A stretch of DNA of 64,000 nt from Eledone cirrhosa (lineage: Eukaryota), in the NCBI GenBank assembly GCA_964016885.1, contig OZ024740.1, positions 425,878,001 to 425,942,000 of the forward strand. The letters are read 5' to 3'. Below the pieces are notes generated by a model. That model was not told the origin of the DNA, did not search any database, and saw only the letters and a list, made by a program, of their open reading frames with translations. Positions 55,001-64,000 of this stretch are shown in pieces (the first letter of the stretch is position 1; each line of letters opens with the position of its first letter). A program made the position numbers and the translations under genes.

Positions 55001-55452
55001 TCAAGCACACAGGTCACGAATTTGTGATCCGTGTAGCTGACTATCTTGAATTGTGGACAGCCTATGCTAGACCTATCTATTTCCCTACAAAATACTCTAT
55101 CTAGATATGATCTGGATGACCCTATGCGATTTGTCCAAGTCCACATTGGCACATTCGGGAAATCCAATCAGTACCTGTCAGACAGTTCAAAACGCCTGAG
55201 CAGGTTGGTGAGGCTCTTGCACCCTCCTCCCCCATCCGCTGATCTCACACAGTTTCCAGCGTGCATCTAAGATCCCGTTCCAGTCGCCCACTAACACTAA
55301 AGAACGGGATGTTCCAAGAAAGGTCTCCAGACGCCGGAAAAAATCAGGCCGCCCTGCTCCTGTCGGGGCATAGACGGCCACTAGCCTGAAAGCTTTCCCG
55401 TCTCCGCTGGTCACGTCTAGCATCGCCAACTTACCTTCTAGGTCCAGGAAGA
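52062..55452 (-). mobile_element. 5'-truncated, frameshifted L1/Tx1-like LINE (APE-RT-zinc knuckle) with 18-bp TSD
   Basis: VAVYAP, VGDWN, SYLDRVF, TDHKFV, KSPGLDG, FRPITLLN, LDHSKAFD, SVRQGCPLS, AYADDV, CPRC..ETVLHALVQCP; AGTATTAGTATTAATAAT at 52044-52061 and 55453-55470. Confidence 0.9.
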
Positions 55453-55562
55453 AGTATTAGTATTAATAATAAAAAGTAACTATCAGCCTATAACTTTAAC
55501 ACATATCGATCATAACCCATCTTCAGGCTTTCATCTTGTGTGGCTTGAATGACTATTTCATG

Positions 55563-55633
<71 letters not shown>

Positions 55634-55639
55634 TACACA

Positions 55640-55691
<52 letters not shown>

Positions 55692-55828
55692 AAAATGTTG
55701 AAGACCCCGACGGCAGAGCTCAAACCGTTTCGACGGCTATTTCTGGACTAAATTAAAAAGTGAGGTTTTTTTACAAAATAAAAAATAACCGAAGTGCATT
55801 TTCGATTTCATCTTTTTTTCGATTTCAT

Positions 55829-55868
<40 letters not shown>

Positions 55869-55869
55869 T

Positions 55870-56707
55870 CCGTCAGGGAAATGGCCATGTTAGATATGCA
55901 GAAAAGGAAGTGGCATAAATTCTATGAAATACACACAATGCAGATCCTGGGTACACAAGAGATGTAGCGGGATAGCAGGCAAACTAACAGGTAGGGAGAA
56001 ATATTTAAGCAGTAGATGTACAGGGAAATTAGGCAGTAGAAGTCGCATTGTTAGAAACATTTTTCAAATGCAGGCGGGTGCTATAGAAGTGGTGGATAGC
56101 TTCCTGTACCTAGGAGATCAGATTAGCATGGGAGAGGGGTGTTCCGAGGCCATAGTATCTAGAATAAGGGCGGGTTGGAAGAAGTTTAGGGAGCTGCTTC
56201 CTCTGCTGACGAAGAAGGGTTTCTCCATGCGTACGAAAGGCCGGTTATATGATGCCTGTGTGAGGAGCGCGATGCTGCATGTTAGTGAGACATGGGCAGA
56301 GGATATGTGACGGCTGGAGAGAAATGAGGCAAGCATGCTCCGTTGGATGTGCAGTGTCAATGTGCGCGAACGACCCAGCATAAATGTGTTGAGAGATAAA
56401 CTGTCTGAGAGGGATAGAATGTAGTGTACGGGAGAGGAGACTGAGGTGGTATGGACATGTGATGCGCATGGAGGATGACCGATGAGTGAAGAAGTGCCAG
56501 GAAATGCCAGTTTAAGGAAGACGTGGTAGACCACGAAAAACATGGTCGGAGGTGGTGAGAACAGACCTCAGATCGCTGAAGCTCACGGTGGAGATGACGA
56601 AGGACCGTGACAAGTGGAGAGATGCTGAATAAGACCCGTCCCACCCTTGCAAGCAGGGAAGAGCGGACGTAAAATGATGATGATGATGATGATGATGATG
56701 ACGATGA
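55870..56707 (+). pseudogene. 3' fragment of an RTE-clade LINE with (TGA)n tail
   Basis: WVHKRCSGI, EVVDSFLYLG, RIRAGWKKFRELLPLL, RRLRWYGHVMRM and RGRPRKTW; tail about 56674-56707. Confidence 0.85.
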
Positions 56708-56905
56708 TACATATATATATAAACATACATAGACACACTCACACACACAAACCCATATACGCTCACACACATACACACGCATATATATATGATTCCAGTT
56801 CCTCGTAGGACTAACAACACACCCAGGAGCTTGAGATATCGATGAATTGACAGAGTGGAACACATTTCAACACCATGTTTACCTGTTTTTCTACATTAAT
56901 TCGTA

Positions 56906-56954
56906 CTGCCTGAAGAGGTCACAGCCACTAATGTCACTGAAATATATATAGCAG
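56906..56954 (+). ncRNA. Type I HHR in a short solo element (about 56790-57100)
   Basis: CTGC-CTGAAGA-GGT..ACT-GAAA-TATATA-TA-GCAG, with further AATTC/GAATT pairing outside. Confidence 0.8.
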
Positions 56955-57270
56955 AGAATTTATAATAAACGAAGCCAAATTTAACATATTTAACTTACTT
57001 ATTTTACATTACTCCGGAGTAAACACACCAACCTGCGTACTTCGCCGAGTGCTCCAACCTGCATACTGAGGTGTAGGTAAACAACCAACACATACTAAAA
57101 TATATATATATATATAAATACATAATCGGAGAAAGCTAATAGCGATACTCCGGCCAAATCCCAACTCACTCAACAAACATTAGGAAATAACTAAGTATAT
57201 TCCTAATTAAACGTTCGGGGTGCTAACTAATTGTATTGTGTGGCAAATTGGCTGTAACATTTCATAGGAG

Positions 57271-57322
<52 letters not shown>

Positions 57323-57699
57323 CACACACATACACACACAGATACACACAGACACGCACGCGCGCACACACACACATACGCTCACATGCTCACACACATA
57401 CACACATACACATGCACAAACATACACAGGCATATATACACATGCACATACATACACAGACGTATATCTTCTATTTCTCCATTTGTTGGCCCTATCTACT
57501 TTATAATAGGTTTCGCTATATCCTTTAAATCTTCGTGGTTTATTGTCTTCACTCCCCACTTTTCCCCATTCTCTTTTACAGTTTAGGTAACAAAAAACCC
57601 ACCTAGAAAATACAGCAAAAATATTGAAAGCCCACAAAGAAAAAAAAAAACAAAACAAAGTGAAGAGAAACAAAAATTACAATAGAAGCTAAAAGAATG

Positions 57700-57788
<89 letters not shown>

Positions 57789-58044
57789 AAACAATAGATA
57801 TATTAGCCAGTCACGTTTTCTGGCAGTAAAATCAAATCTAAGAAGTGTTTCTCTACAAGATTGCCAAGGTAACAACTGACTATAGACTAACGATAGAGGC
57901 TTTGATAGAAAATCTAACATTTCACACTCAAAAGAAGGTGTGTGAGAGGAAGAGAATTAATGAAGTGAGGTGGAGGAATAGGAGGAGGAGGAGGGGGAGG
58001 ATGAGGAGGAAGAAGAAGAAGAAGAAGAAGAAGAAGAAGAAGAA

Positions 58045-58075
<31 letters not shown>

Positions 58076-58078
<3 letters not shown>

Positions 58079-60133
58079 ACGTATTGTTTTATTGATATTT
58101 TTTATCTGTTTGGCCCGAATCTTCCTTTATCGATTTTAAATCGTATGGTTGATTGTAGACTTGTTCTATATGTGACGGTATTTTAACGATAGTTATAGCT
58201 CTGATTCATCTGAATTATTGAGCCCTCTGCCGCTCATATCGAATTTCGTTTATCGTGAACTCGTGCGCCGATTTTTCGATACTCGATCTTTCTAATATAT
58301 TTAGCTCTGGACATAGCTATCCACCAGTTAATTTTATTGCTCATTTTTTGTCGATTCTATTGAGTGATGAATAGCTTTTGTTTTATTTTAACATGTCTAT
58401 TGAGCACTCTAATTCGATATGTGTATTTCCACATTCACTCGAATTGTTTTCGCGGATATAGGGGTCATCTCCCTTGTCTAATGCCATGTGCGTTTTTCAC
58501 CGCTAGTTGACTCCTCTGCCGCCAGGAAAAAACTCGTTGACAACGTAAACTCCGTTCCACTTATTCTAGTAGGCTTCTATATTTATATGTGAGCTGATAG
58601 AGTACAGTCTAAGGATTTACAGAAACCCATGAAGCTAGATTTAACACCTTTCTAGTGGGTCCGGGTATGATTTTACATTCATTTAATTTATTGACGTATT
58701 GTTTTATTGATATTTTTTATCTGTTTGGCCCGAATCTTCCTTTATCGATTTTAAATCGTATGGTTGATTGTAGACTTGTTCTATATGTGACGGTATTTTA
58801 ACGATAGTTATAGCTCTGATTCATCTGAATTATTGAGCCCTCTGCCGCTCATATCGAATTTCGTTTATCGTGAACTCGTGCGCCGATTTTTCGATACTCG
58901 ATCTTTCTAATATATTTAGCTCTGGACATAGCTATCCACCAGTTAATTTTATTGCTCATTTTTTGTCGATTCTATTGAGTGATGAATAGCTTTTGTTTTA
59001 TTTTAACATGTCTATTGAGCACTCTAATTCGATATGTGTATTTCCACATTCACTCGAATTGTTTTCGCGGATATAGGGGTCATCTCCCTTGTCTAATGCC
59101 ATGTGCGTTTTTCACCGCTAGTTGACTCCTCTGCCGCCAGGAAAAAACTCGTTGACAACGTAAACTCCGTTCCACTTATTCTAGTAGGCTTCTATATTTA
59201 TATGTGAGCTGATAGAGTACAGTCTAAGGATTTACAGAAACCCATGAAGCTAGATTTAACACCTTTCTAGTGGGTCCGGGTATGATTTTACATTCATTTA
59301 ATTTATTGACGTATTGTTTTATTGATATTTTTTATCTGTTTGGCCCGAATCTTCCTTTATCGATTTTAAATCGTATGGTTGATTGTAGACTTGTTCTATA
59401 TGTGACGGTATTTTAACGATAGTTATAGCTCTGATTCATCTGAATTATTGAGCCCTCTGCCGCTCATATCGAATTTCGTTTATCGTGAACTCGTGCGCCG
59501 ATTTTTCGATACTCGATCTTTCTAATATATTTAGCTCTGGACATAGCTATCCACCAGTTAATTTTATTGCTCATTTTTTGTCGATTCTATTGAGTGATGA
59601 ATAGCTTTTGTTTTATTTTAACATGTCTATTGAGCACTCTAATTCGATATGTGTATTTCCACATTCACTCGAATTGTTTTCGCGGATATAGGGGTCATCT
59701 CCCTTGTCTAATGCCATGTGCGTTTTTCACCGCTAGTTGACTCCTCTGCCGCCAGGAAAAAACTCGTTGACAACGTAAACTCCGTTCCACTTATTCTAGT
59801 AGGCTTCTATATTTATATGTGAGCTGATAGAGTACAGTCTAAGGATTTACAGAAACCCATGAAGCTAGATTTAACACCTTTCTAGTGGGTCCGGGTATGA
59901 TTTTACATTCATTTAATTTATTGACGTATTGTTTTATTGATATTTTTTATCTGTTTGGCCCGAATCTTCCTTTATCGATTTTAAATCGTATGGTTGATTG
60001 TAGACTTGTTCTATATGTGACGGTATTTTAACGATAGTTATAGCTCTGATTCATCTGAATTATTGAGCCCTCTGCCGCTCATATCGAATTTCGTTTATCG
60101 TGAACTCGTGCGCCGATTTTTCGATACTCGATC

Positions 60134-60141
<8 letters not shown>
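58076..60141 (+). repeat. Tandem array of a 615-bp HHR-containing unit, about 3.36 copies, in (TA)n (family K)
   Basis: Unit starts at 58076, 58691, 59306 and 59921; the copies look identical. Confidence 0.95.
58532..58666 (+). ncRNA. Variant-core HHR (U3-A8), repeated at 59147-59281 and 59762-59896
   Basis: ACTCG-TTGACAA-C-GTAAA..TTTAC-A-GAA-ACCCA..CTAGA..TCTAG-TGGGT-C-CGGGT; GUC site after 58661. Confidence 0.65.
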
Positions 60142-60225
<84 letters not shown>

Positions 60226-60249
60226 CTAGGGCGGGTAAAATTCCCGGGA

Positions 60250-60480
60250 TCCATGAACGAGTTCTCTCCAGCGTGATCTGTCCCTCATCATCGCTGCCAT
60301 GTCATGCGGCTCCAAGAGACCAGTGTCTGTCCTTAGAGCATCAACATATGTCAATCTCGGTCTCCCTCATCCAGTGTGTCCATGCAGGGGCTCCCACAGG
60401 AGCACTGAGTTCAGTCTCAACTCCGGATGTCGGTGAGCATGTCCAGCTAACCTCAATCTCCTCTGTTCTACTCTCGAGCT

Positions 60481-60482
<2 letters not shown>
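60250..60482 (-). pseudogene. RTE-like LINE C-terminal fragment
   Basis: RRLRLAGHAHRHPEL..LLWEPLHG. Confidence 0.65.
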
Positions 60483-60529
<47 letters not shown>

Positions 60530-61130
60530 GTTCTGTCTTTCTTTTGTATTTTTATTTTCAAGGAAAAAAAAGATTTACCCTTCAAAAAGTATTTTTCGTT
60601 TTGCCTTGTTTTCGTTCGTTATCTTTTTATTAATTTCCCTAACTTTATTATTACTAATCTGTGACGAACGTGCTCTCTCTTCTTCCCGTAATAATTTCAA
60701 TCGTTTATAATTTTAACACGATATCTTACTTTCTTCATGCCTCTTTTCCTTCCTTTTTCTTATATCTTTCTTTAATTCAGTCTCACGTGATTACCGTTGC
60801 GATAAAATACCTTCTAGACGTCACATAAAATTCTTTGTGTACATGTTATGGCGTAATTGCTATAAATTATTGTTTTATCATTCTTTTGCTCCACAGACAA
60901 CGCTTTAGCTTGTATCAGATGTTGTGACCCAGGGTTGACCAGCAGTACCGTTTGTAGTGGTCGAAACTGTCAGAAGCCCATCTCGACGGCTGAAAACCTC
61001 GGAGTTCTGTGTCTTTCGTTTGTCTTTATATTTTCCTAAAGAATTATTAAGACCTACCATAAAAAAAACTGTTTTCGGTTCATCTTGTATTCGTTTGTTG
61101 TCTTCTCTTTGTTAATGTTCATGTTTATTA

Positions 61131-61201
<71 letters not shown>

Positions 61202-61210
61202 TTATATATA

Positions 61211-61297
61211 TAACGAAGGAAATGTGGTAAGGAACCAGGTAAGTCCAGAATTAGCCGTCGAAACGGCTTGAGCTCAGCCGTCGGGGTCCTACTCGTT

Positions 61298-61299
<2 letters not shown>
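61211..61299 (+). mobile_element. Family D fragment with inverted tail piece
   Basis: The inverted 3' tail (taacgaaggaaatgtggtaaggaaccagg) is joined to agtccagaattagccgtcgaaacgg..; TA flanks. Confidence 0.7.
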
Positions 61300-61336
<37 letters not shown>

Positions 61337-61609
61337 GTGTCTGTGTGTGTGTATATATACACTCTCTGACACACACACAGACGCACACACACACAGACAC
61401 AATAATATATATATATATATTATTGTGTGTGTCTGTGAGTGTGTGTGGGTCAGAGAGTGTATATATATACATACAATGTGGTCTACCTTTCGCGGTAGGG
61501 TCTATATCGTAGTTAGAACTCAATGTAATCCGTTAGCAAGTGATTCAGTGAGATCCAGTGATTGGTTCCGTGTTTCGCTGAGTCTATCTTTCGCATACAT
61601 TACTCAGTT

Positions 61610-61881
61610 GTATTACATATTACGATTGTTTCGGATAGTTGATCATATTGCCTGATCTATAGCAGTTAAGAACTGTATACTATTAGACATAATAGATGGG
61701 TTCAATGATACCGTCTTCTTCGGAAACATTGTATATATTATGTCTGATAGTATACAGTTCTGTAACTGCTATAGATCAGTCAATATATCGATATAATTAA
61801 CCTTCCGAAACGATCGTAAAACAATGAATGAGATATGTAAAATAACTTACCATTGTTATCATTGTTAAATAAGCTAATATG

Positions 61882-61885
<4 letters not shown>
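61610..61885 (+). mobile_element. Family L fold-back element with HHR 3' half (related copy about 63265-63380 -)
   Basis: Imperfect IR about 61620-61695/61735-61820; CC-GAAA-CGATCG-TA. Confidence 0.6.
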
Positions 61886-61942
<57 letters not shown>

Positions 61943-61948
<6 letters not shown>

Positions 61949-62530
61949 AAAAATGAAACGAAATTTCATTTCTCACTCTTAGTACGGCTGTTAGTTAAAT
62001 ATAAGTATGTATACGTACATACATATATGTATACATACGTACAGTAGTATGTATATATATACATACATGCACACATATATACATGTACGTATAGATTTAC
62101 CGAGCATTTATTATAATGCCCGGTTTGTTTATAAACAAACATCCCGAATTAAGCCGTACAGTGTTTAGCAACCATCGTTGCCCTTTTGTTCAACACTGAC
62201 AAAGGAACGATGTACTAGTTTCAAGCTTATTAGCTATCGTCAGCACCGTATACCTTCCTGCCAGATGATTGAACGTCTGAAAGTATATACTTTCCTTATG
62301 CATATTAACGGCTGAGCAGCCTTCAGTGTTGAACAAAAGGGCAACGATGGTTGCTAAACACTGTACGGCTTAATTCGGGATGTTTGTTTATAAACAAACC
62401 GGGCATTATAATAAATGCTCGATAAATCCATACGTCCATATATATATGTGTGCATGTATGTATATATATACATACTACTGTACGTCTGTATACATATATG
62501 TATGTACGTATACATACTTATATATATATA
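61943..62530 (-). mobile_element. Family C element with HHR (62207-62249 -) and 5' inverted duplication (62324-62530)
   Basis: Same HHR as 43922-43964 with one G-U in stem I; 62324-62530 mirrors about 62000-62198; (TA)n on both sides. Confidence 0.82.
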
Positions 62531-62532
62531 TA

Positions 62533-62620
<88 letters not shown>

Positions 62621-62623
<3 letters not shown>

Positions 62624-63196
62624 GAATAATCGAGTATCGAAAAATCGGCGCACGAGTTCACGATAAACAAAATTCGATATGAGCGGCAGAGTGCTCCATA
62701 ATTTAGATAAATCAGAGCTATAATTATCGTTAAAATACCGTCACACACAGAACAAGTCTATAATCAACCGTACGATCGAAAATTTGCGATCCGGAAGATT
62801 CGGGACACTCAGATAAAAAATCGATAAATCAATAAATTAAATGAATGTAAAAAGCATACCCGGACCCGCTAGGAAGATGTTAAATCTAGCTTCTTGGGTT
62901 TCTGTAAATCCTTACACTGTTCTCTATCAGCTCACATAAAAATATATAAGACTTCTAGATAGCAGTGGACAGGAAACTTTACTTCATCAACGAGCTTTGT
63001 CCAAACGAATGAAATGACATAACCCAAGCTAAATACGCACATGGAATTCGGCAAGGGAGATAACCTCTACATCCGCGAAAAATATTCTGGAAAATGTGGA
63101 AATACACATATCGAATAAGAGTGCTCAATAGACATGTTAAAATGAACAGGAGCTATTCATCATTTAATAGAATCGACAAAAAATGAACAATAAAAT

Positions 63197-63201
<5 letters not shown>
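62621..63201 (-). mobile_element. Diverged near-monomer of family K with HHR (62858-62995 -, core TTGATGA)
   Basis: Collinear with the 615-bp unit; same 3' end point; (TA)n on both sides. Confidence 0.85.
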
Positions 63202-63270
<69 letters not shown>

Positions 63271-63426
63271 TATATTAGCTTATTTAACAATGATAACAAG
63301 GGTAAATTATCTTACATATCTCATTCATTGTTTTCGATCGTTTCGGAGGGTTAATTTTATCGATATTATATCGATATATTTGAAAATATAGTTGAAAATT
63401 GAAAACTTTACTGTCACCACAGTATA

Positions 63427-63465
63427 TGAACCTGATGATTGCGAAAGCATGAAAGTACTTGTTCA
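63427..63465 (+). ncRNA. Minimal type I HHR with GAAA-tetraloop stem II
   Basis: TGAAC-CTGATGA-T-TGC-GAAA-GCA-T-GAAA-GTAC-TT-GTTCA. Confidence 0.85.
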
Positions 63466-63598
63466 ATTAACACTTAACATTTAATATTCTACCATACCAT
63501 TTCATTATAATACCATTATAAATTTTAAAGGCTTGTAAATAAAACGAGTAAATCAGACAAAGTTGGAATTCCTTTTATTAATATATATATATATTTTA

Positions 63599-63688
<90 letters not shown>

Positions 63689-63691
<3 letters not shown>

Positions 63692-64000
63692 GAGGGGGGA
63701 TCAAAAAGTTCGCGGAATCTTATCGTAGCAAGAAAAAAATCAGGTTAAAACAATATTAAACATGTGAGAACATTGTCACTGGGTGTTTACCTTGCAGTCA
63801 CTTGCAGTCAGTTATGCGTGGACTATTGTACAGTACTGACACTCTTTAAACAACCTCTTTTTGGAACAATGGAAAATAGTTATTTTGAGATAAGATCGAA
63901 TATCAAGTTTCTGGTGAAACTCAAATGGAAAGGGACACAGATTATGGAGGCTTTAGTTAAAGTTTACAGTACTACTGCTCCAAAGAAAACTGCTGTCTAC
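63689..64000 (+). mobile_element. Left end of a mariner (Tc1/mariner) DNA transposon
   Basis: TA followed by the TIR-like CGAGGGGGGATCAAAAAGT, then a transposase start. Confidence 0.78.
63869..64000 (+). CDS. Mariner transposase N-terminus (HTH), running off the window
   Basis: MENSYFEIRSNIKFLVKLKWKGTQIMEALVKVYSTTAPKKTAVY fits the R..IKF....I...L..VY...A....VY pattern. Confidence 0.72.
   Translation, partial: MENSYFEIRSNIKFLVKLKWKGTQIMEALVKVYSTTAPKKTAVY

Noticed and set aside
55500-55530. HHR-like CTGAAGA on the minus strand (also a GAAAC half-motif at about 60940-60990)
   Set aside because: GAAA or the stems are missing; too degenerate to call.
58594-58602. CTGATAGAG as the HHR core of the 615-bp unit
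   Set aside because: No stem I partner. The upstream TTGACAA gives consistent stems I and II and aligns with TTGATGA in the diverged copy.
58076-60141. CRISPR array or protein-coding tandem gene
   Set aside because: The units are wholly identical with no spacers, there is no ORF of note, and the context is eukaryotic.

Overview
This is AT-rich, microsatellite-saturated eukaryotic DNA. The SINE families and (TA)n density resemble octopus/cephalopod DNA (inference), and I recognise no host protein-coding gene; most ORFs in the track are translations of microsatellites. The window holds two young Penelope-like retroelements (PLEs) with Naiad-type architecture: RT with YRDD, a CxCx5C linker and a C-terminal GIY-YIG endonuclease (ORFs 13243-15435 + and 21994-24216 -). 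Each sits in (TA)n and is bracketed by near-identical inverted pseudo-LTRs carrying a type I hammerhead ribozyme (HHR) fold. Reading by eye also shows about 20 HHR-like motifs from about 11 unrelated sequence families, mostly in small non-coding units at (TA)n tracts and often with fold-back duplications. Highlights are a 3.36-copy tandem array of a 615-bp unit whose HHR has a compensatory U3-A8 core, a 1517-bp HHR-to-HHR unit with a decayed antisense ORF, and copies that start at the predicted cleavage site. Together these suggest a PLE-driven guild of retrozyme-like, possibly circular, RNAs. Also present are decayed Tx1-, RTE-, CRE- and R4/Dong-like LINE pieces, tRNA-derived SINEs, a non-autonomous Helitron and the left end of a mariner. 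All folds and alignments were done by eye and are untested.
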